The notes below the pieces were generated by a model, which made no database searches, was not told the origin of the DNA, and worked only from the letters and a program-made list of their open reading frames with translations. A stretch of DNA of 64,000 nt from Trueperaceae bacterium (GTDB lineage Bacteria; Deinococcota; Deinococci; Deinococcales; Trueperaceae): NCBI GenBank assembly GCA_034521815.1, contig JAXHLW010000012.1, positions 32,001 to 96,000 on the forward strand, read 5' to 3'. Positions 33,736-43,291 of the stretch are shown piece by piece (position 1 is the stretch's first letter; every line of letters starts with the position of its first letter). The position numbers and the translations under genes are program-made.

Positions 33736-34037
33736 ATGACGGCTGCCGACCTCGACCGCTACGACGACGTCCGCGTCTCCGAGCTCCTCGAGGCTTCGCC
33801 CGAGGTGCTTCCGCTGCTGGTACGGCACGGCTTCGCGCCGCTTGGGAACGCGGCGATGCGCGCCGCGCTGGCGCCCACGGTGACGCTGGCGCAGGCCGTG
33901 CGCCTGCGCGGCCTGTCGGCGTCGGCGGCGCACCAGCTTCGGCGCGAGCTCGTCGAGCGTTCTGGCGCTCGACCTGCGCGGACGGCGCGTCGAACGAAAA
34001 CGCCACCGGGCATGCAGAGGTGGACGCGTGCCACTGA
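33736..34037 (+). CDS. DUF1858-like protein (3' end probably frameshifted)
   Basis: VSELLEASPEVLPLLVRHGFAPLGN..MR...TVTLAQAVRLRG. Confidence 0.7.
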
Positions 34038-34352
34038 TCCGCACCGCCGAGCGGGCCCGGTTCCTCGACGCCGGTCCGTTCCCGCAGGCGCTGCAGGTCG
34101 GCGAGCGCCAAGCCGTGATGCTGCTCTGCCTGCAAGGCGCGCAGGAGCTCGTCGCGCCCAGCGACCGACCGGGCCGAGACGACCTTCGTCGTCCTGGACG
34201 GCGACGGCTTCGTGGTCGAGGGCGAGCGCCGGCACGCCGTCGAGGCGGGCGACGTGGTGCACGTCGCCGCCGGCATTCAGAAGGCGCTCGTCGCCGGCGC
34301 CGGGACGTTCACCGTCCTCGGCGTACGCTCCCTCTCCGCAGGCACGGACTGA
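34028..34352 (+). CDS. Cupin-domain protein (frameshift near 34170)
   Basis: LLCLQGAQEL..TFVVLDGDG..HAVEAGDVVHVAAG. Confidence 0.7.
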
Positions 34353-34376
34353 AGTCCGGCCCGAAAGGACGTCCCC

Positions 34377-34613
34377 ATGTCCGACACCACCCTAGAGAGC
34401 ATCGACGTTCGTACCATCGCCCCACGCGACCGTCATCCGCTGCTGTTCCAGCGCTTCGACGCCCTCGCGTCCGGCCAGGCGTACGAGCTCGTGAACGACC
34501 ACGACCCGAAGCCGCTGTACTACCAGTTCCAGGCGGAGCGTCCCGGCGAGCTCGATTGGACCTACCTCGAGGAGGGACCCGAGGTGTGGCGCGTGCGTAT
34601 CGGCAAGCTCTGA
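34377..34613 (+). CDS. DUF2249 protein
   Basis: IDVRTIAPRDRHPLLF..LVNDHDPKPLYYQF..YLEEGPEVWRVRI; RBS AAAGGA. Confidence 0.9.
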   Translation: MSDTTLESIDVRTIAPRDRHPLLFQRFDALASGQAYELVNDHDPKPLYYQFQAERPGELDWTYLEEGPEVWRVRIGKL

Positions 34614-34631
34614 ACGGATGACCCGTACGAC

Positions 34632-34661
34632 GCGGCGCCGGCGAGATCTCGCCGGCGCCGC
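34632..34661. terminator. Perfect 30-bp palindrome after the DUF2249 gene
   Basis: gcggcgccggcgaga|tctcgccggcgccgc. Confidence 0.6.
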
Positions 34662-34728
34662 CGTCTCGAATCGGGCGTTCCTCGACGGTGCTACGATACG
34701 GACCGAGAGGACGTGGCACGCGACATTC

Positions 34729-35736
34729 ATGCCCATCCCGGCTCGATCGACCAGGACATGGCGGAAGAGGCTGAGAGGCGCGTTCGGCATCGTGGCTGCG
34801 GTCGTGGCCGTTGCCGTCGTGACGGGCTCGATCTTGCACGCGACGCTGTTCCGAGACGCATGGAAGCAGATCGAGCCGTACGGCCAGCTCGTCGACGTCG
34901 AAGACGGACGAATGCACGTCTATCGGATGGGAAACGGCGCCCGGACGATCGTCTTGTTGCCAGGTTTGGGTGTCGGGCTTCCGTCGGCCGACTTCGGGCC
35001 GCTGATGCGAAGGCTCAGCGAGACGTACACCGTCGCGACGGTCGAGTACTTCGGCGTGGGCTTCAGCAGCGAGACGTCGAGGCCGCGCACCGCCCGGAAC
35101 TATGTCGAAGAAACGAGAGTCGCGCTCCAGCGAGCGGGCCTCGGTCCCCCGTACGTGCTGATGCCTCACTCGATATCGAGCGTCTACAGCGAGTACTTCG
35201 CCGCGAGCTATCCGGAGGAGGTGGAAGCCGTCGTCTCGCTCGACGGTACGACGACCGCCCACTACGAAGAGATGCCGGCCATCGTGAAAGCCCTGCTTCC
35301 GGTCGCGAAGATTCAGCAAGCGATCGGTGCGACCTCGCTCATCGCGCCTCTGGTCATCGACAGGGCGAAGCTGCTCGCGAACGGCTATACGGAAAAGGAG
35401 ATCAGCGACATGATCGCGTTCGCGGGGTTCGCCCTGAACGACACGGTCTTGGAGCAGATTTCGAACTCGGCCGAGTTCATCGAACAGACGATGGACATGC
35501 CGTTTCCCGATTCGATCCCCTACTTCAAGGTCATCTCGAGGCAGAGCTATGAAACGTCGAACGCACAACTCGAGAACGCGAACATGACGCCGCAAGAATA
35601 CCATCAGCAGCATCTCGAGCGGATCGGCGAACACGCACAGTTCGAGGTGTTGGACGGGACGCATTTCATCTACCTCGGCAACGTCGGCCGGATTGCCGAG
35701 ATCACCGCTGAGCTCCTGCTCGAGGTGAAGCGCTAG
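34729..35736 (+). CDS. Membrane-anchored alpha/beta hydrolase
   Basis: N-terminal TM, IVLLPGLG, EYFGVGFS, MPHSIS, LDGTHFIY; visibly lower GC. Confidence 0.85.
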   Translation: MPIPARSTRTWRKRLRGAFGIVAAVVAVAVVTGSILHATLFRDAWKQIEPYGQLVDVEDGRMHVYRMGNGARTIVLLPGLGVGLPSADFGPLMRRLSETYTVATVEYFGVGFSSETSRPRTARNYVEETRVALQRAGLGPPYVLMPHSISSVYSEYFAASYPEEVEAVVSLDGTTTAHYEEMPAIVKALLPVAKIQQAIGATSLIAPLVIDRAKLLANGYTEKEISDMIAFAGFALNDTVLEQISNSAEFIEQTMDMPFPDSIPYFKVISRQSYETSNAQLENANMTPQEYHQQHLERIGEHAQFEVLDGTHFIYLGNVGRIAEITAELLLEVKR

Positions 35737-35750
35737 CAGCGTGTGCGGGC

Positions 35751-35782
35751 GCCTGACAAAATGGTGCCTGACAAAATGGTGC
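35751..35782. repeat. Perfect intergenic 15-bp tandem duplication
   Basis: gcctgacaaaatggt x2 plus gc. Confidence 0.9.
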
Positions 35783-35798
35783 GTGGCTCGTGGAGCGC

Positions 35799-36197
35799 TT
35801 AGCTGCGCATCGGCCGCCTTGGCCGGAACAGGACCTCGACCCCGAGAGCCACGAAGCCCACGTTGGCCAGCCACGCCAGCCCACCCCAGGTCGCGAACCA
35901 GACCGGCCCCAGCCGGAATCCCCAGCCCAGCGTCATGCCGGTGACGGCGACGACGGTCGCGATCACCTGGATCAGGGCGAGCCCGGGACGACGGAACGGC
36001 ACGCCCCGGAACCGCGGGAGGGCGTGGTAGGCGACCCCTTGGATCATCAGCGTCACGAACCCCAGTGATTGCAGATGCGCGTGCGCCGGCCGCCATAGCG
36101 GCGTGAGCCAGCCGACGCCCATCGCCAGGCCCAACGTGGACCCGGTAAGGAACGCGACCAGCGCCGCGGCGATCGCGACGCGGCTGGCCGCGATCAC
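35799..36197 (-). CDS. Small 4-TM His-containing membrane protein resembling one repeat of 31964-33358
   Basis: PAHAHLQSLGFVTLMIQGVAYHALPRF; GTGA overlap. Confidence 0.7.
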   Translation of the reverse strand: MIAASRVAIAAALVAFLTGSTLGLAMGVGWLTPLWRPAHAHLQSLGFVTLMIQGVAYHALPRFRGVPFRRPGLALIQVIATVVAVTGMTLGWGFRLGPVWFATWGGLAWLANVGFVALGVEVLFRPRRPMRS

Positions 36198-36517
36198 GCC
36201 GCTGCGGGTCCCGGCGTGATGATGCCGAGCACCAGGAAGCGTCCGTCGCCCGCCTGCGCGCCGTGGGGCGTGCCTGCGTCGCACGCGATCAGGGTGCCGG
36301 CCTGGGCTTGGAGCCGTCGGTCGCCGGCCCAGAGCTCGCCCTCGCCGTCCAGCGCCAGCAGGTGGACGCGCGGCTCGCCCCGCCCCGACACCTTCTGGCC
36401 CGCCTGCAGCGAGAACAGGACCAGCCGCGCCTCCGCGGTATCGCTCAGGATGCGGGTGCCGCGGCGCTCGCCGTACTCGGCCAGCGCGAGCAGGTCGACG
36501 CCTTCGAGCGGCGTCAT
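36194..36517 (-). CDS. Cupin-domain protein
   Basis: LFSLQAGQ..LDGEGEL..AGTLIACDAGTPHG. Confidence 0.75.
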   Translation of the reverse strand: MTPLEGVDLLALAEYGERRGTRILSDTAEARLVLFSLQAGQKVSGRGEPRVHLLALDGEGELWAGDRRLQAQAGTLIACDAGTPHGAQAGDGRFLVLGIITPGPAAA

Positions 36518-36741
36518 GCGTGCTCGCGCGGAAGCGCGCGCAGCTCGTCCAGCAGGGCGGCCACGTCCAGATCGGCGTCGTCGCACGCTTCGGCCAGCGT
36601 GGCGCTGCCGCCGCAGCAGGTGTCGATGCCGCGCTCCAGCAACAGGCCCGAGGCCTCGGGGACGAGGCGGAGAACGTCGTTCACGGTCGTGGTCGGCTCG
36701 AGGGCCGTCGAAGGCGTGGTGTCGATGCGTGGGGTGTCCAT
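36514..36741 (-). CDS. Stand-alone DUF542 / ScdA_N (RIC N-terminal-like) protein
   Basis: TVNDV..P..LLERGIDTCCGG..TLAEAC. Confidence 0.82.
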   Translation of the reverse strand: MDTPRIDTTPSTALEPTTTVNDVLRLVPEASGLLLERGIDTCCGGSATLAEACDDADLDVAALLDELRALPREHA

Positions 36742-36772
36742 GCGTGCAGCCTCGCCCGGATCGGGGTGGCTG

Positions 36773-36792
36773 GCCATGACCTCGGTCATGGG
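36773..36792. promoter_or_regulatory. CRP/FNR-like palindromic box, copy 2
   Basis: gccatgacctcggtcatgg, 19 bp identical to copy 1; centre -41.5 to ATG 36741. Confidence 0.75.
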
Positions 36793-36853
36793 CCGCGCCT
36801 GCCGCCCCGAGCGATCCGCTCCGCGGCACAGGTGGGAGGCGGCCGCTGGCAAA

Positions 36854-36890
36854 CATTGACAAGCATCGATGAATCGACTATCTTCGGTCT
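36854..36890 (+). promoter_or_regulatory. Sigma70 leaderless promoter with an ArsR-like inverted repeat
   Basis: TTGACA 36856, 17 nt, TATCTT 36879, 6 nt, ATG; CATTGA-N6-TCGATG overlaps the -35. Confidence 0.7.
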
Positions 36891-38114
36891 ATGAGCGACG
36901 AGCCACGCCCGACCCACCCCGTTCCCGACGTCGACGGCGAGCAGCTTCGCGCCGCCGTCCGTCGCCACTACGCCGCCCGCCTGAAGCAGGGCACGTGCTG
37001 CGGCACGGACACGCCGACATCGGACATGTTCGGCGTGCCGCTCGGTCTGGACGCTCCACCGGACGTCCCCACCTTCGGGTGCGGCGATCCGAACGCAGCG
37101 GCCTCGCTGCGCGAGGGCGAGACGGTGCTCGACCTGGGCAGCGGCGCGGGGTTCGACGCCTTCCGCGCGGCCGAGGCGGTCGGTCCTAGCGGCGAGGTGC
37201 TAGGTGTGGACATGACGCCGGCGATGCTGGCGCGGGCCAGGGACGGCGCCGCCCGGCTCGGCTATTCGCAGGTCCGCTTCCTGGAGGGCACGATCGAGCG
37301 GTTGCCGCTATCGGACGAAAGCGTGGACGTGGTGATCTCGAACTGCGTCGTGAACCTCTCAAGCGACGTTCCGCGCGTGCTGGACGAGGCTGCCCGGGTG
37401 CTCAGGCCCGGAGGACGGCTGCGGATCAGCGACACGTTCCGGGCGGGCTCGGTCCGGGCGATGCCCGATCATGAGACGTGGTGCACGTGCGAGGCGGGAG
37501 CGCACGATCCCGACCAGCTCGCCACCTTGGCGCGCGCCGCCGGGTTCGTCGACGTGTCGGTCGACGCGCCCCCGGCCGGAACCGAGGAGGGCGCCCTCTA
37601 CGGCGCGGTGCTCCACGGAACGAAGCCGACGATCGCGCCCTTGCGGGACGTCGACGCCGAGGTGGCGGCCCGGCTGCTGGCCGCATCCGGCCTGCCCCTC
37701 GCCGGCTGGTCCGCGCCGAACGTGGATCGCTGGGGAGCGTTCGACGGCCGCGCAGACGTCGACGACGGCGCAGAAGGTGGCCGCCTCGTCGGACTCGTCG
37801 CCCTCGAGACGCACGGCCGCCACGGGCTGCTTCGGTCGCTGACGGTCGTTCCCGAGGCGCGTGGACGGGGGCTGGCCACGTCGCTGGTCGCTCGCGCCCG
37901 TCGCGAAGCTCGGCGACGGAATCTCGAGACGTTGACGGGTCTGACGGAAACGATCCCCGACCTGCTCGTGCAGTGGGGATTTCACGAGGTGACGCGAGCG
38001 GACCTGCCGGACGCCCTGCGAGCGTCGCCTGAGCTGCAGGACGCCTGCCCCCAGAGCGCACGGGTGTTCACGGTCGACGCGCTGGCGCGGGACGAGACCC
38101 CGCTCGAGCGCTAG
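36891..38114 (+). CDS. ArsM-like As(III) methyltransferase fused to an ArsN2-like GNAT
   Basis: TCCG, FGCGDP, VLDLGSGAGFD, GVDMTPAM, ISNCVVNL, WCTC; then GLLRSLTV..RGRGLA..L, CPQSA. Confidence 0.82.
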   Translation: MSDEPRPTHPVPDVDGEQLRAAVRRHYAARLKQGTCCGTDTPTSDMFGVPLGLDAPPDVPTFGCGDPNAAASLREGETVLDLGSGAGFDAFRAAEAVGPSGEVLGVDMTPAMLARARDGAARLGYSQVRFLEGTIERLPLSDESVDVVISNCVVNLSSDVPRVLDEAARVLRPGGRLRISDTFRAGSVRAMPDHETWCTCEAGAHDPDQLATLARAAGFVDVSVDAPPAGTEEGALYGAVLHGTKPTIAPLRDVDAEVAARLLAASGLPLAGWSAPNVDRWGAFDGRADVDDGAEGGRLVGLVALETHGRHGLLRSLTVVPEARGRGLATSLVARARREARRRNLETLTGLTETIPDLLVQWGFHEVTRADLPDALRASPELQDACPQSARVFTVDALARDETPLER

Positions 38115-38217
38115 CTCGCGCCGGACGTGAGGCACGCCCCGCGGTCGAAGCCTACCGGGGCCCATCCGAACCGTACTGTCGGCGGCTGCGGCGTCGCGGA
38201 ACGGCTACCATGCCCCC

Positions 38218-38628
38218 ATGAACGACGAGGACCTTCGTCGCGCGGTCGGGGCCGGCGTGCGCGCGGCCTTGCCGGGCGTGCGCTGGCTCGCGTTGTTCGG
38301 CTCGCGGGCTCGCGGCGATGCGCGGCACGACAGCGATGTCGACGTCGCCGTCCTCGCCTGCGAGCCGATCGCTGAGGAGCGGTTGCGAGCCGTTAGGGGC
38401 GATCTCGAGATCGCCGTCGGACGCGACGTGCATCTGATCGACCTGCGGCGCGTGTCGACGGTGCTTCGCAGCCAGGTCGTGGCGGACGCCGACGTGCTGT
38501 TCGCGGCCGGTGACGCCGACAGCGAACAGTTCCTGGATTTCGTCCTATCGGACTACGCGCGGCTCAACGAGGAGCGCCGAGACATTCTGCGCGACGTTCA
38601 CGAACGGGGGAGCGTCCTTGGTGGATGA
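38218..38628 (+). CDS. MntA-type minimal nucleotidyltransferase antitoxin
   Basis: GS-X10-DVD; YARLNEER. Confidence 0.88.
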   Translation: MNDEDLRRAVGAGVRAALPGVRWLALFGSRARGDARHDSDVDVAVLACEPIAEERLRAVRGDLEIAVGRDVHLIDLRRVSTVLRSQVVADADVLFAAGDADSEQFLDFVLSDYARLNEERRDILRDVHERGSVLGG

Positions 38629-39031
38629 CGTCGCCTTGAACAAGTGCGCGACGATCGAGCTCTGTCTCGCCAGGGTGCGTGAGGAGTACGGCGACGGAAC
38701 CGAGCTCGAGTCGGATCAGCGACGCCAGGACGCTCTGGTACTGAACCTGCTCAGGGCGTGCGAAACGGCGATCGACCTTGCGATGCACGCTGTTCGGAAG
38801 GCGTCGTTGGGCGTGCCGCAAAGCAGCCGGGACGCGTTCGGCTTGCTGGCGGAGGGCGGCCGCATCGCGCCGGATCTCGCCGAGGAGCTCAAGCGCATGG
38901 TGGGATTTCGGAACATCGCCGTCCATCGTTACCAGGACCTGGATCTCGACGTCTTACACGCCATCGTGCGGGAGAAGCTGCACGTGTTCGAGACGTTCGT
39001 GCGGACCCTGCTCCAGCCGCCGCGGCCGTGA
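38621..39031 (+). CDS. HepT-type HEPN (DUF86) toxin
   Basis: RNIAVHRY (RX4HXY); overlaps mntA. Confidence 0.88.
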   Translation: MDDVALNKCATIELCLARVREEYGDGTELESDQRRQDALVLNLLRACETAIDLAMHAVRKASLGVPQSSRDAFGLLAEGGRIAPDLAEELKRMVGFRNIAVHRYQDLDLDVLHAIVREKLHVFETFVRTLLQPPRP

Positions 39032-39083
39032 GGCGAATACGCGTGGAGGCTGCACGCGTCCGTCCCCGACCCCAGCGGATCGC

Positions 39084-39527
39084 TCAGCCCGCCCCGGCTC
39101 GACCGAGGCCGAGCCTCTTGTGCACCGCCAGCATGCAGGCGTCCTGGACCACGTCGATCCCGGCCTCGGCGAGCTGGCGTGCGACTTCGGCGTGACGGAT
39201 CCCCTGCTGCAGCCAGACCACCTTCGGAAGCGGCCGCATAGCCAGAATCTCCTCAGCGTGCGCGGGAAGGTTTTCGCTACGGCGGAAAACGTCGACGACG
39301 TCGATCGGCTCGTCGAGGTCGGTCACCTTGCCGCGTGGCGTCTCGCCGAACAGCTGCTGGTCGGTGTAGCGGGGGTTCACCGGCACGATCCGGTAGCCGT
39401 GCTCGCGTAGGTAGCGCGGCACGTAGTGGGCCGGTTTGCCGGGGTCGGGATGGGCGCCCAGCACGGCGACCGTGTGGGCGGTCTGGAGCACGGTCCGGAG
39501 CGCTTCGTCGCTGGTGAGCAAGGGCAT
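39084..39527 (-). CDS. CoA-binding (YccU-like) protein
   Basis: VAVLGA, GYRIVPVNP, IDVVDVFRR, WLQQGI, VVQDACM; RBS AAGGAG. Confidence 0.9.
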   Translation of the reverse strand: MPLLTSDEALRTVLQTAHTVAVLGAHPDPGKPAHYVPRYLREHGYRIVPVNPRYTDQQLFGETPRGKVTDLDEPIDVVDVFRRSENLPAHAEEILAMRPLPKVVWLQQGIRHAEVARQLAEAGIDVVQDACMLAVHKRLGLGRAGAG

Positions 39528-39726
39528 CGCGTCTCCTTCCTTTCGCCAACGGGCCACGTCGGTCTGAACGCCGAGGTGGGCGTCCTCGGGCGGAGGCACC
39601 TGCACGATCCCTTCGAATTGACGCCAAATTCACGCCACGACGTTCATCCTTACGTGTCCTGCCGCGCAGGTTCGCGGCGGCGGAGACGACGACCCGACCC
39701 TACCGCGTCACCGAAAGGAACCCCTC

Positions 39727-41107
39727 ATGCTCCATCCTTTCCGTTCCCTGCGTTTCGGCGCCTTCGTCCTCGCATCGTTGGCCATGCTGGTTGTGCTCGC
39801 AGCCTGTCAAGAGATAGGTGCGAGCCCCGGTGGTGACGGAGAAACCGTCTCCGTCACGATCGCGCCGCAGCTGGCGCAGTCTGGACTCACGGCCCAAGGG
39901 ATCGTGTCGGATCTGGTCATCTCCGATGTATTGGTTTTCGTGCGCGATGCGTCGACCGGTGATCCCACCAGCGACCCGGAAACGGAACCGGACTGTCTGG
40001 TGTTCGCCAGCGACGGGACCGTAGACGATACCGTCATCGATCCGACCACCGACGAGTGCGCGTTCTCGATCTGGGACGGAACCTCCGTGCTCCCCCGGAC
40101 GCTGCAGCTGCCGCCGCGAGACGGCGCAGGTGATCCGATTCCGTACGACTTCGGCCTGAACGTGCGAAGTCCTGTCGACGAAGGCCTCGGCCTCGTGATT
40201 ACCGCCGCCTTCGCGTCCGAGTCGATTTCCGAGCTCACGACGGCCACGACGCTGCCCTTCGCGAACCTGCAATCGTTCCTCGGCGCTGCGTTCTTTCGTA
40301 CCTACGCCCCGAACGACACGGCGGTGTGCCCCCCGTTCGACCTCGAGGTCGAACGGGGTGAGATCGTCCCGCTCTTCCTGTTTCCGTTCGGGTACGCAAC
40401 GGGGGGCGAGATCTGTTTCGGGGGCACGGCCTCGTCTACGCGGTCGCTCATACCTTTCGACGATTTCGGCGTCGGGCCCACCAACGTCACGCTCGACGGC
40501 GACCCTGCACCCTCGCTTCTTCTCGACGACTCGAAGCGGGGCGTACTCCTGGAGGTGCCATCCTCCGCAGCGCCGGGACAGACGATCGACGTATCGGTCC
40601 CCGTCAACGGTGTTCAAGGCCATCTTCGCTGCGGACTCGGACCAGAATCCTGACGCCGCGTTGGTGGACGGAACCCAGTTCGCTGGTGAGACCGCCTCGA
40701 TCGAGCTGCAAGTGGTCGAGCCCCCGATAGGCGCCGGCATCGCATCCGACCTGGTGGCGCCGGTGATCGAGTCGGTTTTGACGTCGGCTGCGGTCGACAC
40801 CGTGACCCTGGTGATCGGACCGACGACCGACCCGGCCGACGTGACGGACGTCGTCGCCTTTCTCGGGGTTCAGCAGGTCGCGCTCGAAGTGATCAACAAG
40901 ACTACGCAAACGGGCGCCGACGGCATGGTCTACAGCGCCCGCATCTGCAGCGACTTCGGACGCTTCACCGCTGGGACCAACCTCGAGCTGACGTTCTACG
41001 CGAGCGATCCCAGTAGCAACCAGAGCGCCGCTTTCGTACATCCGATCACCATCAACTCCGTCTATCCCGGTCCCCTCGACAGCTGCAGTTCGACCTCGGA
41101 ACTGTAG
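39727..41107 (+). CDS. Hypothetical lipoprotein (frameshift near 40615)
   Basis: Lipobox VLAAC after a hydrophobic signal; acidic, beta-rich, several Cys; two ORF pieces; RBS AAAGGA. Confidence 0.65.
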
Positions 41108-41124
41108 CTCCACGGAAGAACCTG

Positions 41125-41156
41125 CGTCGCGCCCCCGGTGTGCCGGGGGCGCGGCG
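41125..41156. terminator. Hairpin between convergent genes
   Basis: cgtcgcgcccccgg-tgtg-ccgggggcgcggcg. Confidence 0.55.
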
Positions 41157-41187
41157 TCGAGCATGGTGGGCGTGGACGGCCGAGGCA

Positions 41188-41876
41188 TCAGGCGGCGACG
41201 CCGAACAGGAAGCCCACCCCGGCCGTGATGGCCATGGCGAGCGCGCCCCAGAACGCCACGCGGGTCGTGGCGCGGCCGACCGGCGCGCCGCCGACGGCGC
41301 CGGCGAGCGCGCCGAGCGCCGCGAGCAACGCCAGCGAGCCGAGCGCGACCCCCACGAGACGAGACCGGCGGGGAGGAGCAGGGCGAGGAACAGCGGCAGC
41401 GCGGCGCCCACCGCGAAGGTGCCGGCCGAGGCGAACGCGGCCTGGATCGGCCGGGCGGTGTGGACCGCGGTGATCCCGAGCTCTTCGCGGGCATGGGCGC
41501 CGAGCGCGTCGTGCTCCATGAGCTTCGTCGCGACCTCGTCGGCGAGAGCCGAGTCGAGGCCGCGCTCACGGTAGAGCTCTGCCAGCTCGCGGTGCTCCGC
41601 CTCGGGCAGGCCGGCGAGCTCGCGACGCTCGCGCTCCAGGTCGGCGCTCTCGGTGTCCGCCTGGGAGCTGACCGAGACGTACTCGCCGGCGGCCATCGAC
41701 ATGGCGCCCGCGACCAGGCCGGCGACCCCGGCGACCAGAATGCCCGACCTGCCGGTCCCGGCGGCGGCCACGCCGAGCACGAGGCTGGCGGTGGACACGA
41801 TCCCGTCGTTGGCGCCGAGCACGGCGGCGCGGAGCCACCCGACGCGCTGCATGAAATGGCGTTCGGGATGTTTCAT
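41188..41876 (-). CDS. VIT1/CCC1 family Fe/Mn transporter (frameshift near 41350)
   Basis: WLRAAVLGANDGIVS, GAMSMAAGEYVSVSSQ, AHAREELG. Confidence 0.92.
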
Positions 41877-42017
41877 GAGGGCACTCCTTCGAGCGAGTCG
41901 GCGCATCGCGACCGCGGAACCGTCCGCACGAGCATACGGCGCCGTGTGAGGGATGCCGATGACCGGACGCACGGGTCGCACCGGGCCGCGATGTGATCGG
42001 GACCGGGCCGTCCGGAC

Positions 42018-42347
42018 CTATCCGCGCGGTGCGTACATCATCACGACGACGCCCGCCAACGCCAGCGCGGCGCCGATCAGGTCGAACCGGTCCGGACGTA
42101 CGTCGTCCACCAGCCAGCCCCACGCCAACGCCATCGCGATGAAGATGCCGCCGTATGCCGCGTATACGCGACCGAAGTTCGCCGGCTGGAAGGTGGCTAC
42201 GACGCCGTAGAGCATCAGCAGCGCACCGCCCACGACGCCGGGCACCACGCCCGCGTCCGCTCGTAGTGCGCGCCACACCAGGTAGCCGCCCCCGATCTCG
42301 CACAGTCCGGCGACGAAGAACAGCAGTAGCGACCGCCCGATATCCAC
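42018..42347 (-). CDS. YnfA/UPF0060 small membrane protein
   Basis: AGLCEIGGGYLVW, FGRVYAAYGGIF, PDRFD; TAGGCT-N7-GTG. Confidence 0.9.
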   Translation of the reverse strand: MDIGRSLLLFFVAGLCEIGGGYLVWRALRADAGVVPGVVGGALLMLYGVVATFQPANFGRVYAAYGGIFIAMALAWGWLVDDVRPDRFDLIGAALALAGVVVMMYAPRG

Positions 42348-42391
42348 GGAACCGAGCCTACCGCTCGGCGCCGTGCCAGGCTGTGCCCACG

Positions 42392-42570
42392 TCAGGCATC
42401 GCGCAGCCGGGCCCTTGCCTCGTGCCACGCCAGTCCCGCGGCGAGCGACACCAGCCCGACCCCCCAGATCACCGGCTCGACGAAGAACGCCAAACCCAGG
42501 CACGACGCCGGGCCGCAGGCGGACACCCAGCGCGGCCAGCGGCGCGCCTCCGCCGGGAGACGACCGGCGC
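42392..42570 (-). pseudogene. 3' remnant of an APC permease paralog
   Basis: RLPAEARRWPRWVSACG.ASCLGLAFFVEP..AGLAWH aligns with the C-terminus of the 25904-27211 permease. Confidence 0.65.
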
Positions 42571-42593
42571 TGCGGCCGACCGCGCGACACGCC

Positions 42594-43079
42594 ATGGCGT
42601 CGTACCACGCGTCGTACCCTGCCGGCGTGGACGAAGCTCGGATCGAAGCGTTTCTGCATCGGCACCTGCCGCTGGCCCGCGCCATGGAGGTGCGGGTGGT
42701 CCGCGTCGACGAAGATGGCGCGCGACTGACCGCGCCGCTGGCGCACAACCACAACCATCACGGCACGGCGTTCGGAGGGAGCCTGTCGGCGCTCGCCATG
42801 CTGGCGGGGTGGGCGTTCGTCCACGCCGCCCTGGAGCGCGCCGGGATCGAGGGCGCCGAGGTGGTGATCCACGAGGTGCGCTTCGCGTTCACGAAACCGG
42901 CGCGCGGCGACCTCGAGGCCTGGGTGGCCGCGCCGGAGGACGCCGCATGGGACGTCTTCGCTCGGGCGCTCGCTCGGCGTGGGCGGGCCCGTCTGGATCT
43001 CGGCTGCGAGCTTCGCAGCGAGGATGCCCAGGTCGCCCGCGCCGAGGGGCGCTACGTCGCGGTTCGTGGCGGGAGCTGA
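42594..43079 (+). CDS. YiiD-C-like hotdog thioesterase
   Basis: PLARAM, APLAHNHNHHGTAFGGS, GRYVA. Confidence 0.85.
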   Translation: MASYHASYPAGVDEARIEAFLHRHLPLARAMEVRVVRVDEDGARLTAPLAHNHNHHGTAFGGSLSALAMLAGWAFVHAALERAGIEGAEVVIHEVRFAFTKPARGDLEAWVAAPEDAAWDVFARALARRGRARLDLGCELRSEDAQVARAEGRYVAVRGGS

Positions 43080-43291
43080 GCAAGCCGCATCGCCCGGCGG
43101 CCGCGGCTCGTGATCGGACGCGCGCTCGCTACGCGCGACCTGCGCGCGACCTGCGCGCGCCGATGACCTGGATGGCGGCGCACACCGACGTACCATGGTG
43201 GATCACGGCACCCGGACGCTAGAGGCGGACCGTGTCGCCGGCGACCAGACACTCGCGGCTCGTCACGCGAGGTCGGCGCTCGAGGAGGACG

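Noticed and set aside
43163-43210. Additional regulon boxes (ATGACC half-sites here and near 3643, 23993, 46208)
   Set aside because: Half-sites only, with no GTCAT arm at the correct spacing
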